Shown: piece after piece, positions 27,623 through 37,110 of the stretch
Position numbering within the stretch: position 1 is the stretch's first letter
Layout of the letters: the number at the start of each line of letters is the position of its first letter
NCBI GenBank assembly: GCA_963813535.1
Contig: CAWEZH010000003.1
Coordinates: 544,001-608,000 of the forward strand
DNA length: 64,000 nucleotides
Direction of reading: 5' to 3'
From: an uncultured Chloroflexia bacterium
GTDB lineage: Bacteria > Chloroflexota > Limnocylindria > Limnocylindrales > CSP1-4
Program-made: the position numbers and the translations under genes
The notes under the pieces: model-generated
What the model was told of the DNA's origin: nothing
The model's database searches: none
What the model saw: the letters and a program-made list of their open reading frames with translations, nothing else

Positions 27623-29371
27623 TCATTCCCATTCGATGGTCGCGGGTGGCTTGGACGAGATGTCGTACACGACGCGGTTGACCCCCGGGACCTCGTTGAC
27701 GATGCGGCTGCTGATCTTCGCCAACACGTCGTAGGGCAGCTTCGCCCAGTCGGCGGTCATGCCGTCCTCCGATGTGACCGCTCGGACCGCGACGACATTG
27801 GCGTATGTCCGGCCGTCGCCCATGACGCCGACCGAGCGAACGGGCGTGAGGATGGCAAAGCTCTGCCACAGGCTCCGGTAGAGGTTCGCCGCCTTGATCT
27901 CGTCGATGACGATCCAGTCGGCCTCACGCAGCGTGTCGAGTCGTTCGGCCGTGACCTCGCCGATGATCCGGATCGCCAGACCCGGCCCCGGGAAGGGCTG
28001 TCGCAGCACCATCGCCTCAGGCAATCCGAGCTCGAGCCCCACCTTGCGCACCTCGTCCTTGAACAGATAGCGCAGCGGCTCGATGAGCTGGAAGCGGAGG
28101 TCCGCCGGCAGCCCGCCGACGTTGTGATGCGTCTTGATCTTCTGGGCTGCCTTCGTCTCGGACGTCGCGCTCTCGATGACGTCGGGATACAGCGTCCCCT
28201 GCGTCAGGAAGTCGATGCGACCGAGCTTGGTCGCCTCCTCCTCGAAGACACGGATGAACTCGTCCCCGATGATCTTCCGCTTCTGCTCCGGGTCCTCGAC
28301 GCCGGCGAGTCGGGCGAGGAACCGCTCGCGCGCGTCGACCATCATGAGCTGCATCCCGAGATCGCGCTCGAACGTGACCCGCAGCAGCTCGGATTCCTTC
28401 TTGCGCATCAGGCCGTGATCGACATAGATACAGGTCAGGCGGTCGCCGACCGCACGGTGGACCAGGGCGGCCGCCACGGCCGAATCGACACCCCCCGAGA
28501 GGGCGCAGATGACCTTCCCGTCGGAGCCGGTCGCGCGAGCGTGCCCGTCGACCCGCTCGCGGATGCCGGTGACCGTCGTCTCGATGAAGTTGGCGGCCGT
28601 CCACGACGGCTCGATGCCGGCGATGCCCTGGATGAAGTTGCGCAGGACATCCTTGCCACGCGGGGTGTGCGCGACCTCCGGATGGAACTGGATGCCGTAC
28701 AGGTTCCGGTCCGGGGCCTCCAGGCCGGCAAAGGGTGTCGAGTCCGTCTGGGCGGTCGAGACGAAGCCCTCCGGCAGACGCGTGATCGAGTCGCCGTGGC
28801 TCATCCACACTGGTTGCTCGCGGTCCAGCCCGGTGAACAGGCCGTCGTTCGTATCGAGCTGGACGCTGGCCGGTCCGTACTCGCGTTTCCCGGTCGCAAG
28901 CACGTCGCCACCGAGCTCACGCGCCATCAACTGCGCGCCGTAGCAGATGCCGAGGACCGGGATCCGGCCGCTCCAGACCGCCGGGTCGGGCTTGGGCGCC
29001 GCGTCGTCGTAGACCGAATTCGGGCCGCCCGACAGGATGATGGCCCGGGTCCCACGTCGCTCCAGGTCGGCGTACGGCGTGTCGTGGGGCAACAGCTCGG
29101 AATAGACGTCGAGCTCGCGGACGCGCCGAGCGATCAGTTGGGCGAACTGGCTGCCGAAGTCGAGGACGACGACCGGGCCGTTCGATGTCGAAGCGGCGTC
29201 CCCGGAGGCGCGATCCGGTGCCGGCGCATGCAGCGCGGTCTCGAGATAGGCCTCGACTTCCGCATCGTCCGGGGCGAGGACGCGATGCCCGGCGTTGGCC
29301 GGCTCGCCGTGCACGGTCTTGCCGCGCTCGCGCTCGGGCGAGATCCGGGTTGACCCCTCGGTGTCCGCCAA
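27623..29371 (-). CDS. guaA: GMP synthase (glutamine-hydrolysing)
   Basis: [53 protein letters not shown]; TTG start after GGAGG and a TACACT box. Confidence 0.97.
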   Translation of the reverse strand: MADTEGSTRISPERERGKTVHGEPANAGHRVLAPDDAEVEAYLETALHAPAPDRASGDAASTSNGPVVVLDFGSQFAQLIARRVRELDVYSELLPHDTPYADLERRGTRAIILSGGPNSVYDDAAPKPDPAVWSGRIPVLGICYGAQLMARELGGDVLATGKREYGPASVQLDTNDGLFTGLDREQPVWMSHGDSITRLPEGFVSTAQTDSTPFAGLEAPDRNLYGIQFHPEVAHTPRGKDVLRNFIQGIAGIEPSWTAANFIETTVTGIRERVDGHARATGSDGKVICALSGGVDSAVAAALVHRAVGDRLTCIYVDHGLMRKKESELLRVTFERDLGMQLMMVDARERFLARLAGVEDPEQKRKIIGDEFIRVFEEEATKLGRIDFLTQGTLYPDVIESATSETKAAQKIKTHHNVGGLPADLRFQLIEPLRYLFKDEVRKVGLELGLPEAMVLRQPFPGPGLAIRIIGEVTAERLDTLREADWIVIDEIKAANLYRSLWQSFAILTPVRSVGVMGDGRTYANVVAVRAVTSEDGMTADWAKLPYDVLAKISSRIVNEVPGVNRVVYDISSKPPATIEWE

Positions 29372-29499
29372 TGCCACCCTCCGCTCCGCCACCCGCTGCG
29401 TGCAGTGTACCGACCGCGGTGCCACCACCGCGGCGTTCGAGCGGGCGACCCCGTGCTGCCACGGTAGGCGCGCCACGGCCCGAGTCACAGGATCGTGGC

Positions 29500-29880
29500 A
29501 TGGACCGACCCACCGTCCTCATCGTCGACGACCATGACGGGTTCCGGGCTCACGCCCGAGCCCTGCTGGCAGATGCCGGCTTCGACGTGGTCGCCGAGGC
29601 TGCGGACGGACACGCAGCCCGCGAGCTGGCTGGGCGGTTCGACCCCATGATCGTCCTGCTGGACGTCCAGCTGCCGGACATCGACGGCTTCGCGATCGCG
29701 CGCGAACTCGCCGATGGACAGTCGTCAGCGGCCGTCGTCCTGGTGTCGACCCGGGACGCGTCCGACTACGGCCGGCGGCTTGCCGCGAGCGGAGCGATCG
29801 GGTTCATCTCGAAATCCCGACTATCGGGAGATACGCTGCGGGCGATCCTCCGCGAGTCGGCCAAGGAGGGACCACGATGA
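29500..29880 (+). CDS. Single-domain response regulator (receiver only)
   Basis: [23 protein letters not shown]; no output domain. Confidence 0.88.
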   Translation: MDRPTVLIVDDHDGFRAHARALLADAGFDVVAEAADGHAARELAGRFDPMIVLLDVQLPDIDGFAIARELADGQSSAAVVLVSTRDASDYGRRLAASGAIGFISKSRLSGDTLRAILRESAKEGPR

Positions 29881-30419
29881 TCCGTGTACGGGACAAGGGA
29901 TTCGCGACCTGGGCGCTCGTCGTCGCGACGATCGCACTCGTAGGCTGCAGTGCCGGCACGCCGGCAACGGGCGCGTCGGCATCCGCCACAGGGGCGCCGA
30001 ATGGGTCGGCGCTGGCGCTGCCGAGCGGGTTCCCGATCGGTACCTGGACGACCACCATCACGGCAGAGGACCTGGAAGCGGTCAGCGACGAGGCCCTGGC
30101 AGTGATCGGCATGTCGCGAGACAACCTCGTCAAAGAGAACGCGGGCGTCTTCACGACCACGTTCGCCGCCGATGGCACCTGGTCCACCGTCCAGGACACC
30201 GACCGGGAAACCAAGTGGCCGGTCTTCCGCGGGACGTTCATCCCGGTCGGTGCCGACGCGATCGACCAGGTGACGACATTCCCACCGGACTTTGCCGGCG
30301 ACGTCGTCCGCTTCACATGGCGGACCGAGGACGGGCGACTCATCCTCGCGGTGCCGGAACCGCCGGACCCGGTCCTGCCGGTCGTGACCGAAGCACACCC
30401 GTGGTCACCGGCCACGTGA
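29877..30419 (+). CDS. Putative lipoprotein
   Basis: Lipobox LVGC; ATGA overlap with the upstream gene and AAGGAGG SD. Confidence 0.75.
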   Translation: MIRVRDKGFATWALVVATIALVGCSAGTPATGASASATGAPNGSALALPSGFPIGTWTTTITAEDLEAVSDEALAVIGMSRDNLVKENAGVFTTTFAADGTWSTVQDTDRETKWPVFRGTFIPVGADAIDQVTTFPPDFAGDVVRFTWRTEDGRLILAVPEPPDPVLPVVTEAHPWSPAT

Positions 30420-30429
30420 CGGTCGGCGC

Positions 30430-32209
30430 ATGACCGTCGAGCTGGCACGGGCGGGACCGCGGGTCCCGCCCGTCGCACGGCCGATCATCCTCGCCGTGGG
30501 GATCGCCTGGGCGCTCGTCGCCGAGGCGATCCGCCTCACCGGCGGCTGGTCGGTCATCTGGGTGCTCGGCGACCTGCTACCCGGTCTCGCCTTCCTGGCC
30601 TGCGGTTACGTCGCCTGGACGCGCGCACCGGGAAATCGCATCGGTCCCTTGATGATCGCCGTCGGGTACGCGTGGTACGCGGGAACGGCCTCCGCGTCCG
30701 GGATCGCAGGGGTCGATCGGCCGGCCCATGCGCTGCAGGGGTACTACGACGCATTCCTGGCGTGGCTCATCCTGGCCTACCCCACCGGACGACTCCAGTG
30801 GCGTGCGTCGCGCGCGGTGGTCGGCATGTTCCTGGCGGTGCTCGTGGTGCGCACCGTCTTCCGCTTCCTGGTCTTCCCCGTGACGGCCGATCTCGACGTG
30901 GCGGATCCCCTCGCCGTCGATCGATACGTCGCCCTCGTCAACCTCCGGGAGACCGGCGACACGCTGTTCCGGGTCCTCATCGCGATCCTCGCGGGGGCCG
31001 TCCTCGTCCTCACCGTCGCGCGCTGGCGCGCGGAGAGCACCGCCGGTCGCGCCGTCGCCGGTCCCATCCTCCTTGGCGGAGTCGGTTTCGCGGTCGGGAT
31101 CGTCGTCGAGACGATGGCCTACCTCGGGTCGGGTGACTTCGCCGAGCGCTCGTTCGCCTGGGAGATCGGCAACTGGCTGACCATCGTCACGGTGTCGACC
31201 ATCCCGGTGGCGTTCCTGGTCGGCCTGGGCCAGGACCGCATCGCCCGCGGTCGCGTCGCGGATCTGGTCGTGGGCCTGGGCGGACCCGGCCCGGCGCACG
31301 ACGATCTGCAGACCACGCTGGCACGGACGCTCGGGGACCCGACCCTGGTCGTCGCATACCCGATCCCGGGGACGGATCGGTTCGTCGACGTCACGGGCCG
31401 ACCCGTGACGCTTCCGCAGCACGACGACGACCGCGCGATCACCACCGTCGACCGGGCTGGCCGGTCCATCGCCGCGCTCATCCACGACCCGGCGCTCAGC
31501 CAACGCCCGGAGCTGATGACCTCGGTCGCCGCGGCGACCGGTCTCGCCCTCGAGAACGAGCAGCTCCAGGCCGAGCTTCGTGTCCAGCTCGATGCCGTCC
31601 AGGCGTCGCGGGCCCGGATCGTCGCTGCCGGCGACGCCGAGCGGCGGCGCGTCGAGCGCGACCTCCACGACGGCGCCCAGCAGCGATTCGTGACCCTCGC
31701 CCTCGCACTCCAGCTGGCCCGAGCGCGGCTCGATGACGATGCGACGGATGTGGCCGAGATGCTGGATCGGGCCGGGACCGAGCTGGAGCGAGGCCTCGCC
31801 GAGTTGCGCGAGCTCGCTCGCGGGATCCATCCGACGGTCCTGACCGAGGATGGCCTGGCCGCGGCCGTCGGCGCGCTCGCGGAACGGTCGGTCGCGCCGG
31901 TATCGATGGACGTGCTCGATCGACGGTTCGATCCACAGGTCGAATTCGACCGCCTACTACGTCGTCGCCGAGGCGCTGACGAACGTCGCGAAGTACGCCC
32001 CGCGAGCCTCGATCTCGATCACCGCTCGTCACGACGGCGAGGCGCTCCTCATCGAGGTGCGCGACGACGGTCCGGGCGGTGCCGCCGCCTATCGAGGCTC
32101 GGGGCTGCAGGGGCTGGAGGACAGGGTGGCGGCGATCCGCGGCCGGCTCAGTGTCGATAGTCCGCCAGGCGGCGGGACCACGATCCGCGCCGTGATCCCA
32201 TGCGCGTAG
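30430..32209 (+). pseudogene. Membrane sensor histidine kinase (HisKA_3/NarX-like) with a +1 frameshift near 31945
   Basis: TM N-terminus and H-box ERDLHDGAQQ in one frame; EALTNVAKY, VRDDGPGGA and GSGLQGLEDRV continue in another frame after GTCGAATTCGACC. Confidence 0.85.
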
Positions 32210-32847
32210 TCCTGGCCGACGATGCCGTGTTCTTCCGGGAGACGCTGGCCACAGCGCTCGCCTCGGCCGGCTTCGAGGTGGTCGGCCAGGCCGGCGATGT
32301 CGACGCCCTGCTGGGGCTCGTCGAGAACGCTCAGCCGGACGTCGCCGTGATCGACATCAGGATGCCGCCGACGCACACCACCGAGGGCCTCGAGGCCGCG
32401 TCGCGCATCCGCGCCGACCATCCGCGGGTCGGGTTGCTGATCCTGTCGAACGCCGTCGAGACTCGTCACGCGCTGCGTCTCCTGCGAGATGCGCCGCAGG
32501 GCGTCGGGTACCTGCTGAAGGATCGGGTCGCGGATCTCGCCGACTTCGTCGCCGCCGTGCGGCGTGTCGGGACCGGGGGTTCGGTCGTCGACCCGGAGGT
32601 CGTGTCGGCCCTGCTCGGGCGCTCGCGGGGACGCGGACCGCTGGACGAGCTGACACCTCGCGAACGAAGCGTTCTCGGGCTCATGGCGGAGGGCCGATCC
32701 AACGCCGCCATCGCCGAGCGGCTGGGGCTGACCGAGAAGACCGTCGAGGGCAACGTCCGCGTCATCCTCAGCAAGCTCGGCCTCGAGCCTGCAGCCGAGG
32801 ATCACCGTCGTGTGCTGGCGGTCCTCACGTATCTGCGCCAGGAGTAG
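32200..32847 (+). CDS. NarL/LuxR family response regulator
   Basis: VVLADD, IDIRMPP, YLLKD, LTPRE..VL.LMAEG.SN..IA HTH. Confidence 0.95.
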   Translation: MRVVLADDAVFFRETLATALASAGFEVVGQAGDVDALLGLVENAQPDVAVIDIRMPPTHTTEGLEAASRIRADHPRVGLLILSNAVETRHALRLLRDAPQGVGYLLKDRVADLADFVAAVRRVGTGGSVVDPEVVSALLGRSRGRGPLDELTPRERSVLGLMAEGRSNAAIAERLGLTEKTVEGNVRVILSKLGLEPAAEDHRRVLAVLTYLRQE

Positions 32848-32867
32848 CGACCGTCACCCGAGGCGGA

Positions 32868-33245
32868 TCAGGACCTGTTGCGCATCGCCTCGGCTGCCAT
32901 CTCGAGATAGGCGTCGAGCTCCGCAGCGACGTCGTCCGGGGGCGACTCGGCGGCGAGCGCGGCGCGCATGAGCTGGAGCCATCGATCGCGAGCCGCGACG
33001 TCGATGGCGAACGGGGCGTGGCGCATCCGGAGCCGCGGGTGGCCACGCTCCGTGTCGTATGTCCGCGGACCACCCCAGTACTGCGCGAGGAACAACGTCA
33101 GGCGGCGCTGCGCCGGGTGGAGGTCCTGGTCGGGATACAGCGGCCGAAGGATCGGGTCGGTCGCGACACCGTCGTAGAAACGGCCGACGAGACGCTCGAA
33201 GAACGGCATCCCGCCGGCGCGTTCGAAGAGGGTCGTCGTGGCCAT
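32868..33245 (-). CDS. glbO: Group II truncated hemoglobin
   Basis: GG..FF..LV..FY, LRPLYP, FLAQYWGGP..Y, RGHPRLRMRHAPF. Confidence 0.92.
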   Translation of the reverse strand: MATTTLFERAGGMPFFERLVGRFYDGVATDPILRPLYPDQDLHPAQRRLTLFLAQYWGGPRTYDTERGHPRLRMRHAPFAIDVAARDRWLQLMRAALAAESPPDDVAAELDAYLEMAAEAMRNRS

Positions 33246-33330
33246 CGATGGCCGAGGATAGCGGCTCGCCTCGCGAGGCCTCCGTCCGCAAGGTGCGACC
33301 GCCGGCCGAGTCGCGACCGCTGGCCGGGTT

Positions 33331-33456
33331 CTAGCGGGTGGTGCGGGTCGAGCGTCGGACGCGCCGCTGTCGTTCCGCTCCGCGGAGGTTGGCCGCCGCC
33401 ACCTCGAGCAGGGCGAGGGCGCTGATAGCGATGATCACCATGCCGACGCTGTCCAT
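33331..33456 (-). CDS. Small (41 aa) putative membrane peptide
   Basis: My translation: MDSVGMVIIAISALALLEVAAANLRGAERQRRVRRSTRTTR; GC-rich third codon positions; fills the intergenic gap. Confidence 0.55.
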   Translation of the reverse strand: MDSVGMVIIAISALALLEVAAANLRGAERQRRVRRSTRTTR

Positions 33457-33583
33457 GACCTGGATCGTGCGCGTGCGATCGCCCGCTCGAAACCGGGCGA
33501 ACGTCCTGTCGTGGATAGGCCGGATGATGGACTTGCAGACGCCGATGTCGGCGCGTGGCGAGTTGGGTCCGCCCCTGGAACCC

Positions 33584-34111
33584 TCAGGCTGGCGAGGCGA
33601 GTGGTCGAGCGACGGTCCGCTTGCGGGCGCCGGTCAGCGGTCGAGCGTCGGGTGCGGGCTTGGCCGCCGGGACCATGACGCGGTGCGCCTGCGGCTCGAA
33701 GCTGAACGGCTTGACGGCATAGCGTGCCGCGATCAGCCATGTGCCGATCATCCAGAGGAAGAAGCCCAGCGAGGTCGGACGGTCGGCGCCGAAGATCTCG
33801 ACACGGGTCGCCGCCAGCAGGGCGCCGAACACCGCGAGTGCGATGCCACCGGTCGCCACGTAGCCGACCAGCGAGGCGGCCCAGCGGCGGCCGCGCAGGA
33901 GGCCGACGACCGCGATCAGATGGGCGATCCCAGCCGTCGTCCCGATGATCACCGCCCAGGTCGCGACCAGCGGCGCGAGATCGAGTGTGGGCACGACGAA
34001 CAGCGCCGCGCCGAGGACGACGAAGCCATTCAGAGCGGTCAGGAACGCCGCGAACCCGCGCGTGCCGCGCGAGAAGCGGATCGGGTCGTAGGTGCGGGCA
34101 GCGACGGTCAT
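33584..34111 (-). CDS. Hypothetical four-TM membrane protein
   Basis: Four hydrophobic helices; GAGAGGA SD upstream. Confidence 0.75.
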   Translation of the reverse strand: MTVAARTYDPIRFSRGTRGFAAFLTALNGFVVLGAALFVVPTLDLAPLVATWAVIIGTTAGIAHLIAVVGLLRGRRWAASLVGYVATGGIALAVFGALLAATRVEIFGADRPTSLGFFLWMIGTWLIAARYAVKPFSFEPQAHRVMVPAAKPAPDARPLTGARKRTVARPLASPA

Positions 34112-34211
34112 CTGGTCGGTCCTCTCGAAGCATCCGGATCGATGAGCCGAGGATGTCCCACCGGGATCGACGAGGGCATCGTCACCTGCCGCGAAACAGG
34201 ATGGACGGATG

Positions 34212-34679
34212 TCAGTCCCTGGCCTGGGACTCGAGCGTCAGCCGCAACGCCTCGACGTCGAGCACCGCCGCCCGCTCGACCTGCGGTCGCGCCATCGACT
34301 CGAGGACGCGATAGCGCAGTGGCAACCCGATCCGGATCGACCAGCGCAGCTCCGTCGACCGCTCGGCGGTCCCGGGCGTCGGGCTGACGCTGGCGTCGAT
34401 CGCGATCGTGACCCCGTCGGCGTCGCGGCCCTGGAGCGCGAGTCGCGCATCGGGGTCGGCCGTGCTGACGTCGACGTCGAAGATGCCGGCGCGTCCCGCC
34501 GCGTTCTGCTCCACCACCAGGTGCTCGCCCGCGACCGCCGGGCCGGTCCGGTCACGGCGGATCGCGATGATGCCGCTCGCGATCAGCCAGCGTGGCCACG
34601 TGTCGAGGTCGACGATCGCTGCGAAGACGTCTGCGGGCGGGCGCGCGATGGTCGATTCCACCGCGACCTCGATCGCCAT
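34212..34679 (-). CDS. SRPBCC (polyketide cyclase-like) protein
   Basis: I.RPPADVFA.I.D...WPRW; C-terminal helix; TGATG coupling to the upstream gene. Confidence 0.8.
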   Translation of the reverse strand: MAIEVAVESTIARPPADVFAAIVDLDTWPRWLIASGIIAIRRDRTGPAVAGEHLVVEQNAAGRAGIFDVDVSTADPDARLALQGRDADGVTIAIDASVSPTPGTAERSTELRWSIRIGLPLRYRVLESMARPQVERAAVLDVEALRLTLESQARD

Positions 34680-35026
34680 CAGGTCGCCGACGCCGCGGCT
34701 GGGCGAAGTCGGAACGATGGTCCGAGACCGAGTCGCTCGGATGGCGTGCCGTAGCGCAGGATGAGCTCGCGGATCGCATGGGCGTGGTCGGCGCCGGCGA
34801 GCGGTTCGGCGACCGCGTCGTAGGTGCGCGAACCCACCTCGACGGTGCAGGATGGGTCCTCGAGCAGGTTCGATGCCCAATCGCTGGCCTCGTCACTCGA
34901 CGCCACGAGCAATGCGCCGTCGGGCTCCTCCACGAACCCGATCGATACCGGACGACGCTGTCCCGTGCGCCGACCCATCGTCCAGATCCGCGCGAGCCGT
35001 CCGTCCCGGACCAGCTCATCGGCCAT
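34679..35026 (-). CDS. Deazaflavin (F420)-dependent oxidoreductase, Ddn-like
   Basis: T.GRRTG..R, LVAS, W..NL..P...VEVG. Confidence 0.75.
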   Translation of the reverse strand: MADELVRDGRLARIWTMGRRTGQRRPVSIGFVEEPDGALLVASSDEASDWASNLLEDPSCTVEVGSRTYDAVAEPLAGADHAHAIRELILRYGTPSERLGLGPSFRLRPAAASAT

Positions 35027-35061
35027 CTGGCGATCGCCGTCCGACCGATGGCTCCCCAGGG

Positions 35062-37110
35062 CTAGCCCTCCAGGTCGATCGACGCGCCGTCGTAGGTGCC
35101 GCTGACCGTCGTGCCGCCCTCGGCGTCACGCTCGTAGTGGAGGCGGTCCCCTTCACCGGTCACGTCCAGGACGAACGTCCCGGCCTCGTCGTCCGAGGCG
35201 CCTGTGCCGGTCATGGCCGCACCGGGCGTGAACGCACAGGACGAGAGCTGGACATCGGTCCCCGCGTCGCTCGGTGTGTACATCACCGTCCCACCGAAGT
35301 CGCAGCCCATCGTCAGTGCCTCGTCTTCGTAGCGGTACTGGTAGTCGTTGCTGTAGAAGATCTGATCGTCGAGTGACGTGGCGAAATCGAGGCCGTCCTC
35401 GTAGTCGCCGACCTGCCGTGCGGCCGTCGGGACGAAGTCGTCGGAGACCGCTCCCTCGCAGGTGAGGACGCGGACGCTCGGAAGAGTGCCGCTCCCGAGA
35501 TAGTCGCCGATCACCTCGTCCGGGCACGTCTCACCCCACCCGAAGATGACGTGCGGTCCACCCACCGTCTGGATGAAGTAGGCGTCACCGAGCCGGGAAT
35601 AGATCCGCATCCCATTCGCGATCGGCGTGGCCGGATCGGTGGTCGAGGTCAGGACGAAGACCGGATAGGACGGATCGGCGAGCGGACCCGGTCGATCGGG
35701 CCGGGTGGTCGCGGTCGGCCAGTACAGGCATGGCAGGTCGCCGTAGAAGGTCGTCCCCAGCCGGAGGTCGTTGATGCCGGTCGCGGCACCATCGGCGAGC
35801 CACGCGTCGAGCCGGGCGTCGGCATCCGCCAGCCTCGGATAGAACGCGTAGTCCTGGCACTCGACCGCGTAATACATCGCGTCGGACCAGGTCGGGTCGA
35901 GTTCCGCCTCGAGGGTCTCCGGGTCGACCCCGATGCTGTCGTACGCGGCGCGCGCCAGCGGCGCGAAGTTGTCATGCGAAGCAGCCGCCAGGGCGCGCAG
36001 GAACATCGCCCGGTCGCCGGGGCTGTAGATGTACCCGAACGCGGCATTCTCCAGGTCCGCCACCGACAGCTCGCGCTCGGTGGTCGTACCCTCCGCTGTC
36101 GGGAAGTCGATGGCGATCGGCGCCGCGGCCAGCCGCGCCTGCAAGTCGTCGTAGGCCGCCAGGGCATCACCGCCGGCGATGTCGGCCGCGCAGGCCTCGT
36201 CCGCGGTACAGGCGTCCAGCGTCGCGACCAGGGTGTCCTCGGCCGATCTGGCCGCCTCGACGTAGTAGGGGATGGCCTCGACCGTCAGGTCGACCGGGCC
36301 GTCGACGAAGAGCGCCGCGATCCGCTCTGGGTAGGCGGCGGCGTAGTACTGGACGAACTGTGTCCCGTAGCTCTCGCCGTAGAGGTGTAGCGTCTCGGCG
36401 CCGAGATGGGCCCGGACCGCCTCGAGGTCCTCGATCGCCTGGACCGTCGAATACAGCGGGAGATCCGACTCGGCGATGCCGGCTTCCGCGATGCAGTCGG
36501 ACGAGAACGTCTGGGCAGCGGTCGCGACATCCGCCCGTTGTGCCGGGTCCTGGGCGCGAGCGGTCGACGCGTAGTACGTCGCCGCGGCCGATACGCACTG
36601 GATCGGACCCGACAACCCGATGCCGCGCTGGTCGATGAAGACGATGTCGTAGTCGTCGGTCATCGAGGCCGGGTAGGCGTCCGTATAGCTGTCGGCCGAC
36701 GAGATCCCGGAGGTCCCTGGTCCACCGGTGATCACGACGAACGTCCCCTTCTTCGTCCCCGCCGCGCGCTGGATCGCATACGTCACGTCCCACGTCGGAC
36801 CGCCCGGTTCACCGTAGTGGTCTTGCGGCACCGTCAGCGTGACGCAGGTGAAGCGGCTGTCGGGGCACGGGGCGCTGGCCTTCTCCTTGTACCCACTCGC
36901 GGTGGGCGCCCCCGGTGAGCCGTCGGGCGCGGGCGGCGATCCCGATGCGTCGACGGCGGGCGCCGCGGATGTGGTCGGCGCGGCGCCCCCACCGGGCGGA
37001 TACGTCCAGCTGGCCCCGCTCGCCGGTGCACATGCGACCACGAGCGCCGTCGCCAGCAGGGCCGCTAGCGCGCCACGCAGGCGCCCTCCCGATCGTGCGC
37101 GATCATTCAC
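35062..37110 (-). CDS. Alpha/beta hydrolase lipoprotein (TAP/tripeptidyl peptidase-like)
   Basis: Lipobox VVAC; GGPG, DQRG.G.S, GESYGT nucleophile, DPATP, GPH. Confidence 0.88.
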   Translation of the reverse strand: MNDRARSGGRLRGALAALLATALVVACAPASGASWTYPPGGGAAPTTSAAPAVDASGSPPAPDGSPGAPTASGYKEKASAPCPDSRFTCVTLTVPQDHYGEPGGPTWDVTYAIQRAAGTKKGTFVVITGGPGTSGISSADSYTDAYPASMTDDYDIVFIDQRGIGLSGPIQCVSAAATYYASTARAQDPAQRADVATAAQTFSSDCIAEAGIAESDLPLYSTVQAIEDLEAVRAHLGAETLHLYGESYGTQFVQYYAAAYPERIAALFVDGPVDLTVEAIPYYVEAARSAEDTLVATLDACTADEACAADIAGGDALAAYDDLQARLAAAPIAIDFPTAEGTTTERELSVADLENAAFGYIYSPGDRAMFLRALAAASHDNFAPLARAAYDSIGVDPETLEAELDPTWSDAMYYAVECQDYAFYPRLADADARLDAWLADGAATGINDLRLGTTFYGDLPCLYWPTATTRPDRPGPLADPSYPVFVLTSTTDPATPIANGMRIYSRLGDAYFIQTVGGPHVIFGWGETCPDEVIGDYLGSGTLPSVRVLTCEGAVSDDFVPTAARQVGDYEDGLDFATSLDDQIFYSNDYQYRYEDEALTMGCDFGGTVMYTPSDAGTDVQLSSCAFTPGAAMTGTGASDDEAGTFVLDVTGEGDRLHYERDAEGGTTVSGTYDGASIDLEG

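Noticed and set aside
29372-29499. Possible purine riboswitch upstream of guaA
   Set aside because: The implied leader is only about 25 nt and lacks the aptamer core
31936-31960. Programmed ribosomal frameshift in the kinase
   Set aside because: No slippery sequence or homopolymer at the junction
33268-33279. GCCTCGCGAGGC palindrome in the globin promoter
   Set aside because: Almost all G/C, so likely to arise by chance
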